Source: Schmidtea polychroa (Eukaryota). From it: DNA of 64,000 nucleotides. A program made the translations under genes and the position numbers. Numbering within the stretch: position 1 is the first letter of the stretch; every line of letters begins with the position of its first letter. The stretch is taken from positions 18,600,001 to 18,664,000 of the forward strand of contig CM097887.1 in the NCBI GenBank assembly GCA_044892525.1, given 5' to 3'. Positions 54,260 through 64,000 of the stretch are shown here, in pieces. The notes below the pieces were generated by a model that had not been told where the DNA came from, ran no database searches, and worked only from the letters and a program-made list of their open reading frames with translations.

Positions 54260-56419
54260 ATGCATATCTTTTTAGCCTATTATGGCATATCAGTATATCT
54301 GATATTATGGTTAATGATTTTTATTTCAGGAATGCAGAGCCATCCAATATCCCAATACCAAGGAAGACATAGCATTATACGTGCTACGACCTTACTAAAG
54401 GAAAAACTTATTTATAAAAACCTGGAGAAGCAGGTAATGGAGCAAAGCAGGAAAGGACAAAGGCACTGGTTTTACGGACATTCCTCAGGTATACCCAATA
54501 ATTTCAAATTTGACGAGGCCCCAAAGCGCCAAATGATTATTTCAAGAATCCCGGGCAAGCATAACGGCAGTATTAAGCTTACCGAGGTCATGCCTGAGTT
54601 TGGCAGACATAGTCTGACCAACCACCTGTGGATACACGCCATTAACAAACCATTTACGGTTTATGTTCCTGGTGCCACAAACCCCATTTTGCTGCAAAAG
54701 CATACAACCCTGGAAATTGAAAACGGGGATGGAAAGGAAAAGAACATCTCACTGTTATGTGAAGGAATAGATACCATCGTAGCAATGGAAATACTGGAAC
54801 CTCACAGAGAAACACAAACGAGATGGGTTAATGATCCGAATTGGACATATAATGTTAATGATAACGACATTAAAACGTTTAAGTCTTTCGTAAGACAGCG
54901 CTTGAACCCTAGACAAGAGGATAACCTCACCATTTTCGTATCAGCTCACTACGCTACACTACGACAATTCCTGAAACCGGCAATTGTGGCCATCTCAATC
55001 TCACATTTCAATGGCGATCTGATACTCAACACTAGAGTTACCCCCAGAGCACAGGTCAAACCTTACCAATCGCATGCGCATGGTATGACCGAGAGAGAAA
55101 TAACCGGACAGTTCGACGGAGAAGACTGTGCCGAAAGAATTAGGAAAATCTGCGATAGGAAAATCATCGTGGGATTGCTAGTAAAGGACCTATTTGAAGT
55201 AATCAGATTCCCAATGCATCGCGCACTCGGAATCCGTGAGTTAGGCGTAGCTAAATGCCTCGAAAGTAGGGACTTAAAGAAATGCAACGAGTATTACCGT
55301 TTGGCATATTTGGCAAAAGCAGTCACCGGTAAAGAGGCACATCACTTCTCGGACCTTCAAACGGAGAATGATGTAACAACCATTAAGGAGATATACGACA
55401 GTTTACGAGATATCTGGGTTGATGACATTTCAACAGACACCCGGAAAGAGGTGGTGTCTTCACAAATAAAGCAGATGGAACCTAGTACCTCAAGCATGCA
55501 GAAACCTTTAGCTATGGAGAGCTATGTAAAAGAAGTTATTCCCAGGTCGACGCTGCTGAAAATAGTGGAAGAGGATTCCTTGTCGCCGCCAGCCATCTCT
55601 ATTGCTGACGAAGACGACTATGCCACTTGCAAGAGCGCGGATGATAACTGCCTCCAAGTCACCCTCACCAATGACGGTAGAGTGGTAAATTCGGCTAAAA
55701 TGGAAACAGAAAAACCACCGCCACCAGAAAAGTTAGTTGAACGGGTCACCAAGATCTTGAAAGCATTGGCCCGGTTGAGTGAACCCAAACAAGGAGCAGA
55801 AGGAGGAGCATTACCCCAAGCTGTAGCACCACTACTTAAGCTACAAGATTTAAAATTTAAAAAGAAAACAACAGAGAAACCCACCCAGAAAGAGGACAAG
55901 GAGAAAGATGTCCCTACCTCTACGAAAAGGAAAAAGGAGATTCCTAAGAGTACAAAAAAGAAAATGCCTAGGATATCCATCCAGGATGAGGATGACGATC
56001 TCTTAGAAACCCACTATCAGCCACCAGATCCTGCATTGACCAAGATATTGGCAACAAAGAGTGAACCCACGATTGCAGGAGAGCCTATCGTCGTGAAGGA
56101 AGGAGAGTTCGTCGGAAGGGGCAACTCAGGCAAAATACGGGAAGACCTCGACAGAGAAGATCCTAGTTGGTGGCAGAGACCCGACAGCAAATGGAAATCG
56201 CGTATCACGGAATACGACGGAGGCCCAATCCATGAAGTAGCCGTATCCAATTTCCCCGATTACGGAGTATTGGAGGCTAATGAGGGCTCGTACATCATCT
56301 CCTCAATCGTGTACAGAGGTAGTACACGGGAGACTTTGGTGGTCAGTTACAGACCAGACATAGTAGAACAAAGGATCCGTAACGAAAGTGCCAAGGTCAT
56401 GAAAAGGAGAAAATACTAG
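54260..56419 (+). CDS. Intact 719-aa accessory ORF with degenerate REX4/ISG20-like DEDDh exonuclease domain and C-terminal basic (NLS-like) tail
   Basis: AISISHFNGDLILNTRVTP..VKPYQSHAHGMTEREI..RKIIVG..RLAYLAKAVTG..NDVTTIKEIY follows the REX4 pattern; TTTCAG/G acceptor at 54324-54330. Confidence 0.65.
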   Translation: MHIFLAYYGISVYLILWLMIFISGMQSHPISQYQGRHSIIRATTLLKEKLIYKNLEKQVMEQSRKGQRHWFYGHSSGIPNNFKFDEAPKRQMIISRIPGKHNGSIKLTEVMPEFGRHSLTNHLWIHAINKPFTVYVPGATNPILLQKHTTLEIENGDGKEKNISLLCEGIDTIVAMEILEPHRETQTRWVNDPNWTYNVNDNDIKTFKSFVRQRLNPRQEDNLTIFVSAHYATLRQFLKPAIVAISISHFNGDLILNTRVTPRAQVKPYQSHAHGMTEREITGQFDGEDCAERIRKICDRKIIVGLLVKDLFEVIRFPMHRALGIRELGVAKCLESRDLKKCNEYYRLAYLAKAVTGKEAHHFSDLQTENDVTTIKEIYDSLRDIWVDDISTDTRKEVVSSQIKQMEPSTSSMQKPLAMESYVKEVIPRSTLLKIVEEDSLSPPAISIADEDDYATCKSADDNCLQVTLTNDGRVVNSAKMETEKPPPPEKLVERVTKILKALARLSEPKQGAEGGALPQAVAPLLKLQDLKFKKKTTEKPTQKEDKEKDVPTSTKRKKEIPKSTKKKMPRISIQDEDDDLLETHYQPPDPALTKILATKSEPTIAGEPIVVKEGEFVGRGNSGKIREDLDREDPSWWQRPDSKWKSRITEYDGGPIHEVAVSNFPDYGVLEANEGSYIISSIVYRGSTRETLVVSYRPDIVEQRIRNESAKVMKRRKY

Positions 56420-56818
56420 CAATTCGGCTATGTGTTCAATGGACCTAGCAATTTGTATACGTCCTCAATCCCAGCACCTTCGACAATTCAATCCAATCCA
56501 GTTATTCAAATTGACAGACATTTACTTTACGAACAATATTTGATTAATTTGATTTCGGTGTTGATTTTGTTTATTTTAACATTTTTTTTATGAACAATCT
56601 CTGATTATTTTNNNNNNNNNNNNNNNNNNNNNNNNNNNNNNNNNNNNNNNNNNNNNNNNNNNNNNNNNNNNNNNNNNNNNNNNNNNNNNNNNNNNNNNNN
56701 NNNNNNNNNNNNNNNNNNNNNNNNNNNNNNNNNNNNNNNNNNNNNNNNNNNNNNNNNNNNNNNNNNNNNNNNATTGTCTTGTCTTTACCGCTTTAATTTT
56801 CGGGACGAAAATCTTGTT

Positions 56819-56828
56819 AGGGGGAAGA
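56819..56828 (+). promoter_or_regulatory. Polypurine tract
   Basis: AGGGGGAAGA 2 nt before the 3' LTR. Confidence 0.9.
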
Positions 56829-56830
56829 CA

Positions 56831-57818
56831 TGTTGGGGTTCAGTAGAAACCGGAATTAAAGGTTTTGAAATTAAATAATAATTAATTACTAAAAATAGAA
56901 TTGTAGAAATTATTTAAAAATATATAATAAAAATAGTAATTAAATAATTACTATTAATAGATCTAAAATAAATAAATTTATATAAATACTAGATGAAAAA
57001 TTAGATGAGGGACGAATTAGAGACAAGTAGACCAGAAAGAAATATAGCCGCAGTAGTTAAATTTAGAAAAGAAGCAATTGATTTGATTTGAAACCAATTA
57101 GCGTCAGTTGACATTTATATTGCAGTCTAATTAGGAATTCAACAGTAGACAGAATTTCATCCTAAATATTAATCGATCGAAAAATTAATTTTTGCAATTC
57201 TGATTTTGGAATATTCTTTATTCATAATTACAATATTCTCTGGAAATATTTAAATCGAAGAAAGAAAATTATTAGAAGTTAATTCAACAACCAGTCTGTG
57301 GTTTTAGCTATTTTCCGGAAGAAATTTAAATAAGCAGGGAATTATATTAGTTAGTATTTGTTATTCTTATCTAAATAATTATAAATATAAATAGCTATAT
57401 AGAAATTATTTTATTAAATAAAAGTTAAACTAGGGAAAACAGTAACGTCAGCACGTAATTTTTGTGTTGTTTCGTTGCTATTATTGCTTGAAAAAGGGTT
57501 AACCAATTTCTGGGTTGACTCCATCGCGTAAAATTTGGTAAACTTCCCTATCTCTTTTCCGTTCACTTATATCGGGCTGTTGGCGCATTTAGGGCCAGCC
57601 TTGATCCTTAGTAATACTCTTTAGGGCGGTTTGTATAACCGTTTTCTGTACTTTTAGAAAGCAGCGTGTTTTATATAAACAATCGTGTAACTAACTTTTA
57701 TTGTTAATAAATATTTAAAACATATTTCTTATTTACTTACCTACGCGCATTATAAATTATTTGGAGTCAGATTAAACGTTTTTGTGTTAGTTCGAATACA
57801 TACCCATCGAACCTAACA
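56831..57818 (+). repeat. 3' LTR (988 bp)
   Basis: Direct repeat of 39791-40858. Confidence 0.98.
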
Positions 57819-58235
57819 CAACCATCTATTTGTTAAGTATAACCAAAACATTAGAGGAAATATAAATTGTCGTTATTTTTTACTTTAACTAAACATTTTT
57901 TATTTTTCAGTTGTTTTGGTGTTTTTTTATATAACTTCTTCCACTTAATCTACTGATGTTACTTATTTTGGGTGATTGTAAAATGAGTTCTTGTTATTTT
58001 ATTAATAACTCAACTTCTTCCTAGTTCTGCTATCGTTTCTATTTTTTGTTCAATTCTTTTATTCATTCATCAAAAAACGAATCAACTAGAGGTTTCGTAG
58101 TGTTCCCCATCATTTTCAAGCTCAATTGAAATTCCAAATTGAATTTTTACAAAACCTAATTCTATAATAATTTCTCTTAATTTATTTATTAAAGAAAGTG
58201 GAAATACTATTTCTTTAATATTTAACTCCGTTGTG

Positions 58236-59510
58236 TTAATACGTAATATCATTCGACATATCAGTCAATTTACATTCATTCATACTGCGATCCTTAGCAT
58301 TATTCATACATTTGTCAACAGCCTCTTTCAACGTTAACAATAAAAACCGTTTTGAGTAGCCATTCTTCACCAGTAATTCAACTAATTTATCTACACTTTT
58401 TACTGAATTTTTAAAAGTGGAAGATAAGCACCATGATCGATAAACCAATCTTTTCACTATGTTTTATTTATATTTAAATTCACAAAAACTCTCTGGGTAG
58501 TATAGAAGCCGGTATCTGTTGGTTTGCTGTAAATTTCTGTCTTATATTGTTCATCTTTGCGTTTAATTAACAATTCAAGAAATGCTATGGATGAATCCTT
58601 CTCAGTTTCACATGAGAATTTAATGTTCTTATGCAATCCATTCATGTAATGCAAAAAAGGCTTCACATGTCCCTTATTTTTAAATATTAGAAAAATATCA
58701 TCAACATACCTTTTATACACAATTGGTTTTTCATATTGAAAAAAAGCAATTTTCTTTTCTAAACATGCCAAAAATATTGACGCCATTGTTGGTGCTAAGG
58801 GCGGACCCATAGCCACTCCATCAATTTGTTCATACCATTCATTATTAAAAAGAAAATTAACTTTGTAAGTTGCAAACTCTAAAAGCGTCTTAAATGCATT
58901 TCCATCACACATATTATGCGCATTAATATTTTCATTCCATAATTCACAACATAAATCGATTGTTTCTTTCAACGGGACATTAATAAATAAACTAAATACA
59001 TCAAACGAAACCATATACTCATTAACATTATTTTTATTATATTGTACTATACATGATGCAAATTCAAAACTGTCCTTACATTCAAACTCAGATTTTATTA
59101 AGGGTTTTAATAATCCATCCAAATACTTCGCTATTTTATGCTGAGCTGTTCCGACCATATATAAAACAGGTCTTTATGCACTTTTGGAAGTCCGTATAAT
59201 TTAGCTGGCTGTGAAACTTTTGCATGAATTAATTTTGCTATCTCTTCATCAATATGATTATTCTTAACCAAATCACACAACATAGTATTCAAAATCACTT
59301 CATCCTTTAGAGGTGGCAATCTCCCTTTTTTTCGAAACTTATCGATTTTTGAAAATTAGGAATGTCTGATTTTAAAATCTTATCAAAAAATTTTGATAAT
59401 TGTTTTGAGCGTGTGATATGTGAAGCATTATTGATAAGAACTTTTAATCCTAAAATCAATGTGCAGAATGCAGTGAATACTTGTGTGTTGAATGTTTTAA
59501 TTAAGTTTTT
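58236..59510 (-). mobile_element. Second Penelope-like element of the same family; RT on the minus strand with an inverted 3'-end copy at 59361-59510
   Basis: PAKLYGLPKVHK, SFDVFSLFINVP, YEQIDGVAMG, YKRYVDDIF. Plus-strand MSDFKIL..CEALLI..KINVQNAVNTCVL matches 36400-36540. Confidence 0.9.
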
Positions 59511-59589
59511 TATGTTGATGTATATTAATAATAGTTTGTTAAATAATTAGAAAAATATAGTAATGAGTTATATTGTAAAATTAATATTA

Positions 59590-59820
59590 TTGCAGGTGAT
59601 ACGGATTCTTTTTCCTTGAAGTTAATAACTGTAAGCTTGATGTTCTTTTACCAGCCATCTTATTATGATACTTGTCATCCCTTATACAGTAATAACCTTG
59701 ATTCTGTCATTGAGAAGTTCAAAGGCGAGAATAAAGGTCTTAAATATAAGGAATTGGTTTTTCTTAGACTTAAATGTTATAGTTTGTTAGGTGATGATGA
59801 GGCTAAAAAAGTAAGGTAGT
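59590..59820 (+). pseudogene. polB: Polinton PolB C-terminal fragment
   Basis: AGDTDSFF at 59592-59615 (motif C); CHPLYSNN..EKFKGE..ELVFLRLKCYS. Confidence 0.75.
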
Positions 59821-60399
59821 GACATAAAACATCAGTCATACCTGGATTGTTATAATACTAACCAAATTTTTTCTGTACCGCAAAATAGAGTAGTTAGCAA
59901 AAATCACCAGCTATTAACCATAAAAAATGAAAAACTGCACTTACTAAATGATAAAAGGGGTTGGGTGGGGAAAAATAAAAGTTATGTATATGGGCATTAT
60001 ATGGGAGGTGCCTCATTTGCTGTTTAAATAATTCTATCCGGATCCATCATTCTCGCAATTCATAGAATCAGCTGAAGATATACCAGATATTATTTAAATA
60101 AATCTTTGTTAAAAAAATTTGTTTTTATTGATTTTCTTTTGAATTAAATGTATATTAAGTTTGACCAATATATTTTTATATTTTGAACATTTTTGTCTCA
60201 GTTTACGTAAATTAGTAAAAAAAAGTATTAAAAATAACAGATAAGAATTAATAATTTAAATTTAAACTAAAATAAATTAAATAACAGAATAAAGAAATAA
60301 AATTATAATAATTAACTAAATAAAAATAATAAAATAAAAGGAAATAATCAATGAAAATGTTTGTTAAATTCTTATTAGTAAAGGGGTACCAAATTGTTG

Positions 60400-61180
60400 C
60401 CGTAAGCTCATATCTACCTACTATAGTCAAAAGAGGAAAACTACGACAACACGAACTAGGGAGAAAATTTGCAAAATTCCGGAACCAGGTTTATTTGAAA
60501 CAATATTTATAGATTTTTGTGGTCCACTAAAACAAAGTCAGTATGGAATGAGATATATCGTAGGAATTATCGATAGTTTTAGTAAATATGTGGCACTACA
60601 CACAGTGAAATCACAAGATGAAAATACCGTGCCAACAATTTTAAGAAATAATTGGATTTTAAAATTTGGTGCGCCGAGATTTCTACATTGTGACAGGGGT
60701 AAAGCATTTGAGAGCAAAGCTATGGATAATTTAATGAAGTAGCACAACCTTCATTTAGTAAATGGCCTAATCGAAAGACAATTCAGAACAATTAGAAACG
60801 CCATTCGTATCACTCTTAAAGATAAAGACCACAAGAATTGGGTAGAGTTATTACCAGAAATCGAGTTTATGTTAAATTCTACATTTCAGAAAACAATTTG
60901 ACAAACTCCAAGTGAAAGAGTTTTGGGAAAAAATATATAAAAAATGATCTACAAAAAAGTTAGTTGAGAATATGGGTTTTGACGAAATAACAGAAAGAAA
61001 ATTCAAAGTAGGAGACATAGTGCCTGTAAAAAGGAATGATAACAATAAAGACAAGGATCGATATGTTGGACCTGCCGCAGTAATAAAACAAATACACGAG
61101 AGAAGTTATGAAGTAAAATTTGAGAATGGAAAAGGGCTTATAAGAAACAGAGTGGCTAAAGCTTTCTAAAACTAGGGGAT
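60400..61180 (+). pseudogene. Integrase remnant of an unrelated Gypsy element, with PPT (AGGGGA, 61174-61179) and probable LTR start TG at 61180
   Basis: IDFCGP, IIDSFSKYV, LHCDRGKAFES, NGLIERQFRTI, YVGPAAVIK. Confidence 0.85.
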
Positions 61181-62076
61181 GTGAGAGTAATTAAATTGAA
61201 TTAGTATTTAATTTCCAGATTTAAATAGATTTAAATAATATAATTAAAATAGAAAATAAAATTATAAATTAAAATAATAAATTAAATATATTTAAGAATG
61301 ATTGAAAATTAAAATATAAAATATTCATTGAATGCTTGTGTACGAATATTCCCTATTCAAATATTAACTCATGCTTGAGAAAATATCCTCTAAGCTAAAA
61401 ACAGAGATTGTTTTAATAAGAGAGATTTTTGTGTTGTTTTAAAAAATATAGCTTTGTTTTGTTTTTAAAATATGGTTGTGATTAATTTAAGAAACCAAAC
61501 ATCTAATAAAATGTAACATATAAATATATATTAAGCTAAAATTGACAATAATTTTTAAAGTTTTTGCATTTGAATTTCTAATCTTTCGATGTCATTGGGA
61601 ATAAAGATAAAGTGTTAAAAGAAGTATATGGGTATAGGAACACGACCATTACCCGACTACCAGTACCCTTAGTGACAGTACCCCTATTTATTGAACATGT
61701 AGAGGCATTAATTTTTGCGTCCCGTATACTTTATGTTACTCCTAAATAAAAACAGTCAGTCAAAAATAGTGATTATTATACCGAAATTATCAAAAAAGCA
61801 CCACAGAAAAAATTTCCTAATCCTTCCATGGCCATCAAATTCCTTTATCGTTTAAAATATAAAAAATTTCAATTTTTGAAGCATTATTTCTATTCGTATT
61901 GTCAAGGGCTTGGGCAAACAAAGGTTGGTAAATCATGTTTTCAAAATATGAATTCGACCAAATGAAAATTGTAAAAAATAATAAAAATTAAATTCTTATT
62001 TCATCTATTTATGGAAAAAATTTCAATAAATCTATCAACATAAAAATTTTTAAATCCCTAATAATTGGAGCTGAAC

Positions 62077-62625
62077 CTAGAGATTCTCAGTTTTATTGAA
62101 AATTCGGTTATACAGCTCCAATAATGTCGGGTTGTTTTTCGAGTGATTTTGCATAAAAAACTCCCTTCGGAAATCTTTTACATTCACTCTACTTTTTATC
62201 ATATCAGGGTATTCATAGTTTGGTAGGCTCAACCTTCGGTAAGCAGATTCATTGGCCTCCTTTCTGATTGAACTATCAACGTGTTTATTAGGTCTTTTTT
62301 GAGGTATTATTGTCAAATTGTCATAATCTTCGGAACTAATCCTGGAATACCGACTATTCTTGTCTTGATTAGACATTTTCCGATGATCAATAATTTTTCC
62401 TTTTTGCAAATTAAGAAACTCTTTTTCTTTTGAAAGAAGGATTTTCAAATCTTTAAGCGTATTCATTTTCTCTAAAAGAATGGATTTTTCTTTCATTATC
62501 CTCCTATCCAAAAGTTTCTGGAAATGTTTATTTTGTCTCCATGCGATGTTTTGGCGCTTATAACTGCTCAAATAATTGATGTTTCTATCATGGAATCCCG
62601 CCCCATCAATCCGAATGGCCTGCAT
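62077..62625 (-). CDS. Unassigned 182-aa basic ORF, possible host exon
   Basis: Long for such AT-rich DNA; possible acceptor tatgcag/G near 62620; no recognisable motif. Confidence 0.3.
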   Translation of the reverse strand: MQAIRIDGAGFHDRNINYLSSYKRQNIAWRQNKHFQKLLDRRIMKEKSILLEKMNTLKDLKILLSKEKEFLNLQKGKIIDHRKMSNQDKNSRYSRISSEDYDNLTIIPQKRPNKHVDSSIRKEANESAYRRLSLPNYEYPDMIKSRVNVKDFRREFFMQNHSKNNPTLLELYNRIFNKTENL

Positions 62626-63423
62626 AATTATTTGAAAATTATTATTTAATTGATTGTCAAATAGATTAGTATTATTATTATGTCATTGGAGAAATCGAAT
62701 GTCAAAGGATAAAGTTATAAACGGTTTACCTTTAAAGTTATGAAGTTTAAAACGGTTTTTGGAAAGATTTTTTGAAAAAATTAAATTTTTTTTTAATTTC
62801 GGCTTTTATTTTAAATAAATGACTGTTGTTGGTATTTACAAGAAAGAACAGAGAAAACGGAAAATTTATGTGTTCGTAAGTCTCTCATAACGAGTAAAGT
62901 GCGAAGCGTTGTTAATTAGATTTTTAAATCCTATAATTAATATTCAAAGTGCCCAGTCTACAAGATTTTGAATGTATTTATTTTGTACTTGTATATTTAA
63001 TATTTGGGATGATGTTGTTTGAAAAAATATTTTTGTATAAAAACAAATTTTAGTTTTTAATTTATAAATTTAAATTTATTTTTTATATTAATTAAAAAAA
63101 GATTTTTTGTATGACAATGTTATTTTAATGTATGTTAACGATTTTTGTGCGTTTTTAAAATTTAAATAAGTTTTATGATTAAAAAATGTTTTTCAAAATT
63201 TTATTAAAATATATTTTTGATACAGTTTGATTACCATTATAGTTGTTAATTTGTTATTATTATTTTCGTTTATATGTTACTACGATTCTTAACCTGAAGA
63301 ATAATTTTAAACTGTCGAAATATATAGCAATGTTATATTTTGATATACTTTGTTGGCGATTTTTTATAATAATAAGTTTTTGATCGTTCTTATTTTTATT
63401 ATTTTCATTTTAGGTTCCAACCA

Positions 63424-63622
63424 ACAGATCGCCGAAAAAAGACAAAAATAACAAAAAATATCCCTTTAACCATGACTAAGAATGATATTAGATTGCGATC
63501 AGTCGACCAGTCAGAATTAAAACACAAACTAAAATATTATCGTCTGATCGCCATCTAATATCATTCTTAGTCATGGTTAAAGGGATATTTTTTGTTATTT
63601 TTGTCTTTTTTCAGCGATCTGT
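63424..63622. repeat. Foldback/MITE-like inverted repeat (~78-bp arms, ~41-bp spacer)
   Basis: Arms 63424-63502 and 63544-63622 differ at 2 positions seen. Confidence 0.9.
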
Positions 63623-64000
63623 GTTATTTAAGTGCATTTAAAATAAGTTTTGTGTGTAACTTATTGCTTTTTCTCGATTTTATTACTTTTGTTTTAATTA
63701 TTGTTATTCGTGTATTATTTTATTCTTGCTTTACTTGGTAATATTATTGATTTTGAATATTCTTGGTGCATTTTGTTTGTTGTGTGGAGTCATCTCATAC
63801 TGTTGGGCTAGAACCGAGAATCGAGAGCTTGTTTTAATGAATCAAAAATACATAACATAAAAATCGCACCAAGTTAAATTAAAACACCAATCAATACAAA
63901 TTAAAGTACATAACACATTGATGATAAATAAGACCCGGGTGATAAAATACAGGAACGAAAATAAAGGTCGCAATCACTAACACAATTAGGAGAAACATCA

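Larger units (their letters stand above)
39791..57818 (+). mobile_element. Giant (~18.0 kb) Ty3/Gypsy LTR retrotransposon with env-like and accessory genes
   Basis: TG..CA LTRs, 4-bp TSD CAAC (39787-39790 and 57819-57822), PBS, PPT, gag and PR-RT-RH-IN order. Contains a 161-N gap. Confidence 0.97.

Noticed and set aside
54260-54329. Signal peptide at the start of the 719-aa ORF
   Set aside because: Encoded by an AT-rich spacer ending in a strong splice acceptor; probably not translated, though not excluded.

Overview
AT-rich eukaryotic (probably invertebrate animal) scaffold with three N-gaps, made almost entirely of nested mobile elements; no securely identifiable host gene. The host taxon cannot be determined from the sequence. 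Left and middle: decayed Polinton/Maverick-type protein-primed PolB copies and long Polinton-like inverted repeats, an R2-superfamily non-LTR retrotransposon, Tigger/pogo, hAT (Buster/Charlie) and piggyBac relics, MITEs, and two Penelope-like elements. The dominant feature is an 18-kb, recently inserted Ty3/Gypsy LTR element (39791-57818; near-identical LTRs, 4-bp TSD, tRNA-Trp-type PBS, PPT) with an unusual virus-like layout: gag with four zinc knuckles, then accessory ORFs with ubiquitin-like and Bcl-2-like patterns, then a chuvirus-like class III fusion glycoprotein placed upstream of the protease, with its C-terminal part in the protease frame, then PR-RT-RH-IN, then a second FN3-like membrane protein continuing from integrase, and finally a probably spliced ORF with a degenerate REX4/ISG20-like exonuclease. 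All accessory domain calls are by-eye motif recognition and need profile or structure searches.
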